64,000 nt of DNA from Terriglobia bacterium (GCA_963664115.2 CAXWPJ010000012.1:64001-128000); one strand, 5' to 3'. Numbered from the stretch's first letter, positions 42,184-51,408 are shown. The notes: generated by a model from the letters alone, not told the origin. Made by a program: numbers and translations.

Positions 42184-42867
42184 TCATGCGTACTTAGAAT
42201 CATAACCGAGCACGGAGGCCTTTTCCAACATTTCCTGCACCACAGCACCCGGGTCGGAGGCATTGAAAATGGCTGTACCCGCAACGATAACCCCGGCACC
42301 GGCCCCCAGGACATCACCCATGTTGGCGAGGTCTATACCCCCGTCAACCTCGATAACGCAAGCCACCCCGACTTGATCGATCATCTCGCGAAGTCGTCTG
42401 ATTTTTTCAATCGTGTATGGAATAAACTTCTGACCGCCGAAACCCGGATTCACCGTCATCACCAGAATCATATCCACAAGATCCATCACGTGCTCGATCT
42501 CGGTAATCGATGTCGCCGGATTGAGCGCAACACCGACCCTGGCCCCGAACGAGCGGATCAGAGCGACGGTTCGGTCCAGGTGCCGCAGTGCCTCAACATG
42601 GACCGTAATACTGTTGGCGCCTGCCTCGGCAAACGCCGGTATGAAGCGGTCCGCCTCCGAGATCATCAGATGCACATCGAGAGGAAGTTGGGTTGCATCC
42701 CGAATCGACCGGACTACCGGAGGACCAATGGTGATATTGGGAACAAAGTGCCCATCCATGACGTCAACGTGAATCATGTGGGCACCGCCTGCCTCAACGC
42801 TGCGAATCTCATCGCCCAGGCGAGTGAAATCTGCCGAGAGTATCGACGGAGCGATTTGTACGGTCAC
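42184..42867 (-). CDS. rpe: Ribulose-phosphate 3-epimerase
   Basis: APSILSADF, HVDVMDGHFVPN, NPGFGGQ, VDGG. Confidence 0.97.
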   Translation of the reverse strand: MTVQIAPSILSADFTRLGDEIRSVEAGGAHMIHVDVMDGHFVPNITIGPPVVRSIRDATQLPLDVHLMISEADRFIPAFAEAGANSITVHVEALRHLDRTVALIRSFGARVGVALNPATSITEIEHVMDLVDMILVMTVNPGFGGQKFIPYTIEKIRRLREMIDQVGVACVIEVDGGIDLANMGDVLGAGAGVIVAGTAIFNASDPGAVVQEMLEKASVLGYDSKYA

Positions 42868-43643
42868 TGGCTCACTTCCAGAAGAATGACGTCGTTTTTA
42901 GAAATTTTATAACCGGGAGCGGGTTGTTGTCCGACGACTCTGCCTGGGAGCATTCCCTCTTGCTCGACATAGGTGATCTCTCCCAGCCGAAACCCTTCCC
43001 CGCGCATACGGGCCACCAGGGTATCCGCTACCTGCTCAATAAGGTCCGGCATGAGGTAGTACTGCCCGGCCGGGCCAAGAGAAATCAGCACGTTGACAGC
43101 CGGATCGTCCGCACTGATATCACCCGCTTCAGGTCTCTGATACACCACCGTCGATGCATCGCCCTCTCCGGTATGAGAATAAACAGTGTTACCGACAGAA
43201 AGACCCCGTTGATTCAACATGATCTGCGTACTCCTCAAGCTCGATCCGGTCAACCGAGGGACCGGAAACTCGCGCGCCCCCAAACTGAGCAAAACTCGAA
43301 CGCTACGATCTCGTTTCACACGTGCCCCAGCATCTGGATTCTGACCCATGATCAGACCTTCCGGGATCGTGTCGCTAAAACGGCGGCTGTCCAACTCCAA
43401 ACCGAGCCCCTCCTGAGCCACCGCGCGCATCGCCTCAGCCTGAACCATGCCATCCAGGTCCGGAACCTCCACTTCTTGCCCGCGGATGGCAAATCGCATT
43501 GCAGTCATCGCACTGAGCATTCCGACCACGGCAAGGACCAGGATCATTAGCGCAACGACTGACATGCGAACCCAGAGACTATCGCTGCCCTCGGTCGCTG
43601 GCTCCGGTTGTTTTCGCGGAGTGTTGTTTATTGTCTTTAGCAC
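42864..43643 (-). CDS. Membrane-anchored triple PASTA-domain protein
   Basis: TM helix, then VPDL / VPRL / MPDL repeats with Q-x-P motifs. Confidence 0.87.
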   Translation of the reverse strand: MLKTINNTPRKQPEPATEGSDSLWVRMSVVALMILVLAVVGMLSAMTAMRFAIRGQEVEVPDLDGMVQAEAMRAVAQEGLGLELDSRRFSDTIPEGLIMGQNPDAGARVKRDRSVRVLLSLGAREFPVPRLTGSSLRSTQIMLNQRGLSVGNTVYSHTGEGDASTVVYQRPEAGDISADDPAVNVLISLGPAGQYYLMPDLIEQVADTLVARMRGEGFRLGEITYVEQEGMLPGRVVGQQPAPGYKISKNDVILLEVSQ

Positions 43644-43694
43644 CGTTCAGTCTATCGCTTTCAGTTTATACAGTTTATGTCCCGGCCGTCCCGA

Positions 43695-44642
43695 TCAGGG
43701 CCTTTCGACAGCGGTGAACCTGTCCCCGGGGACAAGACGAACGCCGTTAGCAAAATCTATACCTGATACGGGGTTCTTGTTCTCCAACTGGAGTCGATTG
43801 AGCTCCAGCCATCGGCCATCTCCACAACTCACAGTCAAACGGTTTGAGACAAACCCAATGGTGCCGGGTTCGCAGTTTTCGGCGACGGCCCCGGAGCACT
43901 GCGAGCTGAGGATCCGACAGGTTTTACCCCTGAAACCGACGACGACTGAGGGCCATGGAAGAAAAGCACGCACTTTATTATGTATCGCCTTCGACGACTC
44001 GTGCCAGTCGATATACCCGTCTTCTTTCCTGAGCCGGGGCGCCATGCTTGCCAGACTCTCGTCCTGCGGCGTCGGATTGACCGAACCCTGCTCAATCGCG
44101 ACTAGCGTCCGAACCAGCAAGCTTGCGCCGAGCTGCGCCAGACGGTTGGCCAACAGTGGGGCCGTCTCGTCATGAGCGATTTCGGTCTGTTCACAGAAGT
44201 AAACGGGCCCGGTATCCATACCTTCGTCGATCTGCATCGTACAGACGCCGGTCACTGCATCCCCGTTGGCAATGGCCCGATTGATCGGGGATGCCCCACG
44301 GTATTTCGGCAACAAGGAGCCATGCAGGTTCACGATCCCGTAGCATGGCAACTCAATAAGCCATGCAGGCAGGATTTTTCCGTACGCAACGACGACGATC
44401 AGTTCGGCGGAGAGATCTTCGATAGTCTCCCGGATGCGCTCAGTTTTGAAAGATTCAGGCTGTTCGACGCCCAGACCCAATGACAGCGCAGCCTCTTTGA
44501 TCGGGGAGAAATGAACTCTCCGTCCCCGCCCGCTTGGCCGATCCGGCTGGGTGACGACGGCAGTGACACTGTGTCGGGCGGAAACCAGCGCTTCCAGCGA
44601 AGGGACAGCAAAAGCCGCGGTGCCCATGAAGGCGAGCCGCAT
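43695..44642 (-). CDS. fmt: Methionyl-tRNA formyltransferase
   Basis: FMGT, VVTQPDRP, NLHGSLLPKYRGASP, MDTG. Confidence 0.96.
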   Translation of the reverse strand: MRLAFMGTAAFAVPSLEALVSARHSVTAVVTQPDRPSGRGRRVHFSPIKEAALSLGLGVEQPESFKTERIRETIEDLSAELIVVVAYGKILPAWLIELPCYGIVNLHGSLLPKYRGASPINRAIANGDAVTGVCTMQIDEGMDTGPVYFCEQTEIAHDETAPLLANRLAQLGASLLVRTLVAIEQGSVNPTPQDESLASMAPRLRKEDGYIDWHESSKAIHNKVRAFLPWPSVVVGFRGKTCRILSSQCSGAVAENCEPGTIGFVSNRLTVSCGDGRWLELNRLQLENKNPVSGIDFANGVRLVPGDRFTAVERP

Positions 44643-44645
44643 GGC

Positions 44646-45155
44646 CTACCATTCATCCTGCTTGACGAGTTTCCGGATCTTTCGCCGAATGAGATCCCGT
44701 TTGATGAAACTCAGATGATCAAGGAACAGCACACCGTTGAGGTGGTCCATTTCATGGCAGAAAGCCCGCGCCAGCAAATCAGACCCTTCGAGGACCAGTT
44801 CCCTGCCCTCGATATCCACTCCCTGAATGACGACGTTCTTCGGACGCCGGACCGCCTCGGTGAAGCCGGGAATGCTCAAGCAACCCTCTTCCTCGTATTG
44901 TTCGCCGTCGGTGGATACGATTTCCGGATTGAGAATGACCATGAGGTTGTCTTCCTTTTCACCGGCACTGGTGTCGGTCACCATGATCCGCTGGGAAACG
45001 CCCACCTGTGGCGCAGCCAACCCGACACCGGGCGCCTTATACATGGTTTCCACCATGTCCTGTATGAGCTTGATTTCCGAGTCGGTCACGTTCTCCACGG
45101 GCGCTGACACTTTATGGAGAACGTCCGCACCGAATTTGACAATGGGTCGATTCAT
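44646..45155 (-). CDS. def: Peptide deformylase
   Basis: GVGLAAPQ, EGCLS, HEMDH. Confidence 0.97.
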   Translation of the reverse strand: MNRPIVKFGADVLHKVSAPVENVTDSEIKLIQDMVETMYKAPGVGLAAPQVGVSQRIMVTDTSAGEKEDNLMVILNPEIVSTDGEQYEEEGCLSIPGFTEAVRRPKNVVIQGVDIEGRELVLEGSDLLARAFCHEMDHLNGVLFLDHLSFIKRDLIRRKIRKLVKQDEW

Positions 45156-45279
45156 AGCTCGAAATTACTATCCTAACATCTCTAATGGTTTGGAGTTTTC
45201 GTTCGAATTGTAGATACGGGCAGGCCGTTGAAAGCATTGTGGTCTCATGAGAGTGTTCACGCTAAGAACTTCGTGAAAC

Positions 45280-45480
45280 AAGATTTCGCTCGGTCGTTCA
45301 AGCGGCTGACCATCTCGCGCGCGTTCCACGCGTGGGCCGAACGACCGGCGACCCTCTCCATCATCCTTGATGGAGAGGCGTATTGGGGATTAAGAAATGT
45401 TGAAGCCGTTCTTAAAGATAACCCGCAGCGTTCCTCGCTGCGGGTGGACAACGAGGCGGTAGCCGAGGCGTCGGAGTAAT
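45280..45480 (-). ncRNA. Candidate structured ncRNA, copy 1 (three GGA-loop hairpins); family not recognised
   Basis: Homologous to 51102-51292, with identical blocks and compensatory stem changes. Confidence 0.65.
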
Positions 45481-45586
45481 TAGATAATCGGATCGAACCG
45501 CGCCAAACTGCTAATCACCGAATTACTTAATCAGGACGCCAGGAGAGACTAAGAACGCCGTCAACAGCACCGCTACAGCTGATATT

Positions 45587-46771
45587 TCAATCGACCCCGC
45601 CAAACCTCCGGAGTTGATCCAGATATCCCGAGTAATTCCTGAGCGTCTCGCCCATCGAATCGCCACCGAACTTTTCGGCTACGGCAGCCCCAAGAACCAG
45701 GGCCACCATGGACTCGGCGATGACCCCGGCCGCCGGTACAGTACAAGTATCTGAGCGTTCGTGCGCCGCCAAGAAGGGTTCCTTCGAAATCATGTCCACA
45801 GAACGGAGGGCTTTCTTGAGCGTAGGGATAGGCTTCAGATACCCGATTACCCGAACATCCTCGCCGTTGGTCATTCCCCCTTCTATGCCGCCGGCTCGAT
45901 TCGACAACCGCACGAAACGGCCCGTTTCCGGATCGAAGGTGATTTCGTCATGGGAAACCGAGCCACGAAGTCCTGCGATACTGACGCCGTCGCCAATTTC
46001 AACAGCCTTGACCGCGTTGATCGACATGATTGCCTGGGCGAGCCGGCCGTCAATTTTTAAGTCCCAGCCGGTATGCGATCCCAAACCAAGAGGCGTGTTT
46101 CGCACGACGACTTCAAAGGTACCCCCGATCGTATCCCCGTCTTTCTGCGCTCCCTCGATCGCGGCGACCATGCGCTTCGAATAGTCTTCGAGGACGCAAT
46201 GCACGACTGTGTCATTGCGAACCGATTCGAGCTGTTCCCAAGAAACAGAAAAACCATCCGGGACCTTGACCCGACCGATTGCTGTTGTGTGACTCAGTAT
46301 GTCCACATCGAAAGCCCTCAGGAACTCTTTGGCCACTGCACCCGCAGCTACACGCGCCGTGGTTTCGCGCGCGCTCGAGCGTTCAAGAATATTTCGGGCA
46401 TCCGATTGATCAAATTTCTGAGAGCCGACGAGGTCCGCATGTCCGGGCCTGGGCCGGGTGACGCGTCTTTTCTCCGCGACTTCGGTCGAAACCGGCCCGA
46501 CCGACATCACGCCTTCCCAGTTCGGCCAGTCCCGATTCTCGATCAGCAGGGCAATGGGACTCCCCAGAGTCCGACCGTGCCTCACTCCGGAAAGCACGCG
46601 AACCTGGTCCGACTCGATCTTCATGCGCCCGCCACGGCCATATCCTCCCTGACGGCGCTTCAGTTCAGCGTTGATGAAATCTATACTCAGATCCAGATTC
46701 GCCGGAACGCCATCCACGATCGTGACCAGCGCCTGCCCGTGGGACTCACCCGCGGTCTTAAAGCTCAGCAT
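45587..46771 (-). CDS. aroC: Chorismate synthase
   Basis: TAGESHG, RPGHAD, ERSSARET, GGIEGG, KPIPT; true ATG at 46771. Confidence 0.96.
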   Translation of the reverse strand: MLSFKTAGESHGQALVTIVDGVPANLDLSIDFINAELKRRQGGYGRGGRMKIESDQVRVLSGVRHGRTLGSPIALLIENRDWPNWEGVMSVGPVSTEVAEKRRVTRPRPGHADLVGSQKFDQSDARNILERSSARETTARVAAGAVAKEFLRAFDVDILSHTTAIGRVKVPDGFSVSWEQLESVRNDTVVHCVLEDYSKRMVAAIEGAQKDGDTIGGTFEVVVRNTPLGLGSHTGWDLKIDGRLAQAIMSINAVKAVEIGDGVSIAGLRGSVSHDEITFDPETGRFVRLSNRAGGIEGGMTNGEDVRVIGYLKPIPTLKKALRSVDMISKEPFLAAHERSDTCTVPAAGVIAESMVALVLGAAVAEKFGGDSMGETLRNYSGYLDQLRRFGGVD

Positions 46772-46928
46772 TTGACCAGTATAGCAGTCCCCCTGCCCGT
46801 CGGCCGGGACTCGATAAACCCATAAGTCAGAGCTGGGGTTCAAACCTCTCGAGCGCTTCGAAACCTTAGCGGTCCACCGACGAGCATCGTTGACCCTAAA
46901 AGGGGTCTTCCGATACGATGACCTCGTA

Positions 46929-47687
46929 ATGTTTTTCAGCCCGAAGACGCTCGTCATCGAGATACAGGGACTCTCAATGATGACAGTCCGTGCACTCCTG
47001 GGCGCATTTAGGCCCCCGTTCTACTTTCGTGAAATCCTGATTCAAATGGACCACGTCGGGGTCCAGTCGATGACCATCATCATCCTGACTGGGTTTTTCA
47101 CCGGCGCGGTCCTCGCCCTTCAAACTTCATCAACACTGGCCACGTTCGGCGCCGTCGGTCTGACAGGGTCTCTCGTGTCGATTTCCTTGGTTCGGGAACT
47201 CGGGCCGGTGCTGGCAGCTCTGATGGTGGCCGGTCGTGTCGGCTCCGGAATGGCATCAGAACTGGGCTCGATGAAGGTCACCGAACAGATCAATGCGATG
47301 CGCGCCCTGGGAACCGATCCCATCAAGAAACTGGTTGTACCCCGCATCTTCGCCACCGTCGCGATGCAACCGCTGCTGACGATAATTGCGGATGCGGTGG
47401 GGGTGATCGGCGGCCTCTTCGTAGCTGTAGGTCTGCTGCATATTTCTGCGAACCTCTATCTGAGTTCGGCATGGGATGTTCTCAGCTATAACGACATCCT
47501 GGGGGGCCTTCTCAAACCTCTTGTCTTCGGCGCAATTATCTCTACGGTCAGTTGTTACACTGGTCTGAGCACCGAAGGAGGCACGCAGGGAGTCGGCCGC
47601 TCCACGACACGCGCGGTGGTTGCGTCCTCGGTTCTGATCCTGGTCTCGGATTTCTTTCTAACGCGCCTCATTCAGACGTATTCATGA
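46929..47687 (+). CDS. mlaE: MlaE-family ABC permease
   Basis: RELGPVL, GRVGS, ELGSM..TEQI.A, GVGRSTT. Confidence 0.92.
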   Translation: MFFSPKTLVIEIQGLSMMTVRALLGAFRPPFYFREILIQMDHVGVQSMTIIILTGFFTGAVLALQTSSTLATFGAVGLTGSLVSISLVRELGPVLAALMVAGRVGSGMASELGSMKVTEQINAMRALGTDPIKKLVVPRIFATVAMQPLLTIIADAVGVIGGLFVAVGLLHISANLYLSSAWDVLSYNDILGGLLKPLVFGAIISTVSCYTGLSTEGGTQGVGRSTTRAVVASSVLILVSDFFLTRLIQTYS

Positions 47688-48523
47688 AAACGCTGGGTCA
47701 GAAGCAGGTATCAGGAACCAACTCATCCTCCGGTGTCATCCTTGAACTTCGAAATGTAACGAAGTTCTACGGCGACCTGCGGGTGCTCGACGACGTGTCG
47801 TTTCAGCTCAGGGCGGGAGAGACGAAGATCATTCTCGGCGGTAGCGGCTCTGGAAAGTCAACCATGTTGAAGTTGATGATGGGACTGGAACGTCCTGACG
47901 ATGGGACGGTCATGATAGAAGGTCAGGACATCACGCGCATGAACGAGCGGACGCTCGGCCGGATTCGACCGAAGATCGGCATGGTGTTCCAGGAATCAGG
48001 ACTGTTCGATTCTCTCTCCGTCTTTGACAACGTCGCTTACCGCCTCTATGAGTTGAACCTCGACGAGGATGAAATCGAGGAACGAGTCCGAAGAGTTCTC
48101 GGTTTTGTTGGCCTGGAAGAAGCGATTGACCGTATGCCGTCTGAACTGTCGGGCGGTATGAAGCGGCGCGGCGCGTTGGCACGGACTCTGGTTTCTGAAC
48201 CCAAGATCATGCTCTACGACGAACCGACTGCCGGTCTGGATCCAGTTACCTCGCGCCGCATCAACGAGCTCATCATACGGTTACGGGATACGCAGGGAGT
48301 CTCGGGCGTGTTCGTTACCCATCGATTGCGTGATGCGTTTACACTGGCGTCTGAATACGCCCTGGAATCTAACGGCAGTTTACAGTTCAAGCGAGAGGAC
48401 GGTACTTTTTGTCTGGCCCACACCCGCTTTGTCATGCTCAATCTGGGCAAGATCATTTTTGAAGGACCCGACGAAGTACTCCGAGAGTCGAAAGACCCTT
48501 ACATACAGAAATTTTTATCTTGA
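47684..48523 (+). CDS. mlaF: MlaF-family ABC ATPase
   Basis: GGSGSGKS, LSGGM, YDEPTAGLDP. Confidence 0.9.
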   Translation: MKTLGQKQVSGTNSSSGVILELRNVTKFYGDLRVLDDVSFQLRAGETKIILGGSGSGKSTMLKLMMGLERPDDGTVMIEGQDITRMNERTLGRIRPKIGMVFQESGLFDSLSVFDNVAYRLYELNLDEDEIEERVRRVLGFVGLEEAIDRMPSELSGGMKRRGALARTLVSEPKIMLYDEPTAGLDPVTSRRINELIIRLRDTQGVSGVFVTHRLRDAFTLASEYALESNGSLQFKREDGTFCLAHTRFVMLNLGKIIFEGPDEVLRESKDPYIQKFLS

Positions 48524-48672
48524 ACAGTCTGTTATTCGTAGCTTGAGAAATCGGTTTGGCGCATCCGTCCGACTAACGGTTCGGGCCCGCGTAATGATAA
48601 TTTAATCGTTAAGCTTAACGGTTAGCAGCCCGGCGGACACTCCGCCACCCACTGCTTGGGAAGGGGACTACC

Positions 48673-49749
48673 ATGGCAACCCGTCAATCAGTATCCTGGA
48701 TCGAACTACGTGTCGGCATCCTCGTCCTCGCCAGTTTTGTGCTATTGGCAGCCGCAATCTTCTTTGTGGGTGGCGAGACGGGTTTCTTCACTCCAACGTA
48801 CACGATTACAACTTACTTCGAATCGGCAAACGGCATGAACACGGGCGCCGAAGTATGGCTGGAGGGGGTCACGGTGGGAAATGTAAGCAGCGTTCGGCTT
48901 TCGAACCTGCCCGAACCGGAACGATCTGTCGCTGTCGAATTGAGCATAGACCAGCAGTTTCAGAACCTGATCCTCTCCGACTCACTCGTCACCGTACAGA
49001 CCATCGGCCTGCTTGGCGACAGCTACGTGGACATCGCGCGCGGCGCCGCGACCGGCGACCCGCTACCTGATGGAGGCACGCTGCAGGGACAGGGCGCCGG
49101 TGATATTCGGGAACTGATCACGGGAACCAACGACATCATCGCTAACCTGGGAATCCTCAGTGACCGCGTACAACAGATCGCCAGTCAGATACAAGAAGGA
49201 GAAGGCACGTTGGGCCGATTTTTGACCGATACGTCCGTTTTCGACAACGCAAACGACATCGTGTTGGAAGCCAGCCAACTCGTACGGGATGTGCGTACCG
49301 GTGATGGCACTCTCGGTCGGCTTATATCCGACGATGTCCTGTTTACCCGGATTACCGCCGCGGTCGACCGAATGGAATCGGTGTTCGCCGACGTGGATAG
49401 CGGCGAAGGGACGCTTGGAAAGTTCATTCACGATCCAACAATATATGACCAGGCCAGCGAGCTGGTTCAAAAGGCGAGTAATGTCGTGGATCGATTGGAA
49501 CGGGGCGAAGGCACTCTCGGTCGGCTGAGCCAGGACGACACCCTCTTCGTCGAAGCGCGGACGGCGATGGAAAGCGTCTCGACCATGGTCTCGAACGTGG
49601 CCAACAGCGAAGGGACCGCGGGCCGGCTAATCAACGATCCGTCCCTCTATAACAACGTCAACCAGGCGGTCTCGGAGGTGTTGAAACTGGTCTACGATTT
49701 CAGACAGGACCCTGGAAGATTCCTCACCATCAATTTCAGACTCTTTTGA
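48673..49749 (+). CDS. mlaD: MCE/MlaD-family protein with long helical repeat tail
   Basis: TM helix, GVTVGNV, GLLGDSYV, five G-[ED]-G-T-L-G-like repeats. Confidence 0.88.
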   Translation: MATRQSVSWIELRVGILVLASFVLLAAAIFFVGGETGFFTPTYTITTYFESANGMNTGAEVWLEGVTVGNVSSVRLSNLPEPERSVAVELSIDQQFQNLILSDSLVTVQTIGLLGDSYVDIARGAATGDPLPDGGTLQGQGAGDIRELITGTNDIIANLGILSDRVQQIASQIQEGEGTLGRFLTDTSVFDNANDIVLEASQLVRDVRTGDGTLGRLISDDVLFTRITAAVDRMESVFADVDSGEGTLGKFIHDPTIYDQASELVQKASNVVDRLERGEGTLGRLSQDDTLFVEARTAMESVSTMVSNVANSEGTAGRLINDPSLYNNVNQAVSEVLKLVYDFRQDPGRFLTINFRLF

Positions 49750-49788
49750 GCGCACCGCCCCGACGGGCCCAGCGCAGGGAGACACTCG

Positions 49789-50256
49789 ATGAAATTGGAA
49801 GCTAGGAAGAAAATAGAAGAAGAAGTCAAGACGCTCGAAAAGGAACTGAAGACCGAGCTCCCGCGCGCACTGAAGACAGCTGTCGCAATGGGAGATCTCC
49901 GTGAAAACGCCGAGTACCACGCAGCAAAGGAACGGCAGGACTTCGTCCAGGCCCGATTGAGCCAACTCAGGAAGCGGCTTTCGGACCTGTCGATGATCAA
50001 CCTCGACAAGATCCCCCGGGATAGAATTTCGCTCGGATCAACGGTCAAGCTTTACGATGTAGAAAATGAGGAAGAAATCACCTACAAACTTGTGACTACT
50101 GAGGACGCAAATCTATCCGAAGGCGCGATTTCCACCACGTCTCCAATCGGCAGGAGTCTACTCGGCAAGCAGGACGGCGACGCCGTATCCGTGAGAATTC
50201 CCGCCGGAGCCCGATCCTTCGAAGTCATCAGCTTTACAACGATTCACGACGACTAG
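49789..50256 (+). CDS. greA: Transcription elongation factor GreA
   Basis: GDLRENAEYHAAK, ISTTSPIG. Confidence 0.93.
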   Translation: MKLEARKKIEEEVKTLEKELKTELPRALKTAVAMGDLRENAEYHAAKERQDFVQARLSQLRKRLSDLSMINLDKIPRDRISLGSTVKLYDVENEEEITYKLVTTEDANLSEGAISTTSPIGRSLLGKQDGDAVSVRIPAGARSFEVISFTTIHDD

Positions 50257-50355
50257 AGCGAGAAACCTTTCTCAACTGCGATTTGTCCGGGACCGGAAAT
50301 TAGCGTAAAATTCCACGGATGGGGGTATCCGGGCACACCCCAAACTAAAGACCTG

Positions 50356-51036
50356 ATGACATTTCACACGATCAGCGGAAAGATCGGCAAGAGCGGCAAA
50401 AAGGCTCAGGATTTTCTCGTTGACCGCCTGTCCAGGCACCGCGTCAACCCCAACATCCTCACCTTCATTGGCCTCGGAGTAAACATCTTCGCGACAGTAC
50501 TCTTCGCCAAGGGCATGTTCTTCTGGGCTGGGTTCGTCGTGCTGTTCGCCGGGGTCTTTGACATGCTCGATGGCGCCGTCGCCCGCGTCACCAAAACCGT
50601 AACGACTTTTGGAGCATTCCTGGATTCCGTTATCGACCGGTACTCCGACATGTTGATGCTGTTCGGACTGCTCATTTGGTACGCCAAGATGGACCGCATG
50701 TTCTATGTCGGCCTCACCGCCATGGTCATCATCGGTTCCGTCATGACCAGCTACACCCGCGCCCGCGCCGAGTCCCTGATCCCCGCCTGCAAAGTCGGCT
50801 TCCTGGAACGCGCCGAACGGATCGTGCTTCTGATCATCGGGGCCTGGACCGACCGTATGGCCGCCATACTCTGGATCATGGCAATCCTTACCAATTGGAC
50901 GGTTTTCCAGAGAATCTGGTACACCTGGAAGGAAGCCAGCAGACTCGAGCGGCAGGAACTTTCTCTCGCGATTGAAGAAGAACAGGACCCCTCAAAGGAA
51001 GCCGAAGTCGCCGCAAAAGCCTCACTTCGAGCGTAA
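50356..51036 (+). CDS. CDP-alcohol phosphatidyltransferase
   Basis: PNILT, D-x-x-DG-x-x-AR...G...D...D motif, SYTRARAE, ERAER. Confidence 0.9.
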   Translation: MTFHTISGKIGKSGKKAQDFLVDRLSRHRVNPNILTFIGLGVNIFATVLFAKGMFFWAGFVVLFAGVFDMLDGAVARVTKTVTTFGAFLDSVIDRYSDMLMLFGLLIWYAKMDRMFYVGLTAMVIIGSVMTSYTRARAESLIPACKVGFLERAERIVLLIIGAWTDRMAAILWIMAILTNWTVFQRIWYTWKEASRLERQELSLAIEEEQDPSKEAEVAAKASLRA

Positions 51037-51101
51037 TAGTCCTGCTTTCTGAGTCAGAGATTCGTCACTTAACAGATTCGTCTTTCCGATCTGATCATTT
51101 T

Positions 51102-51292
51102 ATTACTCCGACGCCTCGGCTACCGCGTCTTTCCTCTGAAAGCGGTCCACCCGCACCGGAGGACCGGTGCGGGTTATTCTGGGACAGGAGCTAACGTTCC
51201 GCCAATCCCCAATAAGCCTTGCCATCAGGAAGATGGCGAGGGTCGCCGGTCGTTCGGCTAGGATGGCCGATTGAACGACCGAGCGAAATCTT
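51102..51292 (+). ncRNA. Candidate structured ncRNA, copy 2; family not recognised
   Basis: Homologous to the reverse complement of 45280-45480; G.U pairs favour this strand. Confidence 0.65.
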
Positions 51293-51408
51293 AATTGCAG
51301 ACCTTTAAATCCACTGCACCTGGATACAAGCGACCATTTGCGTTCAAATTTCGGTCTCAGGGAGTGCCAATATAGGAAGGAAAATCTCGAAGCTATCCGA
51401 ACGTCCGT

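Noticed and set aside
45228-45479. 83-aa (+) and 64-aa (-) ORFs in the aroC-def gap
   Set aside because: They overlap the structured element. The homologous copy at 51102 does not keep the frame (MARVAGRSARMAD* vs MERVAGRSAHAWN...), so conservation is at RNA level
45280-51292. The two inverted ~200-nt copies as ends of a composite transposon or invertible segment
   Set aside because: Copies are diverged with indels, enclose housekeeping genes, and show no TSD or nearby recombinase
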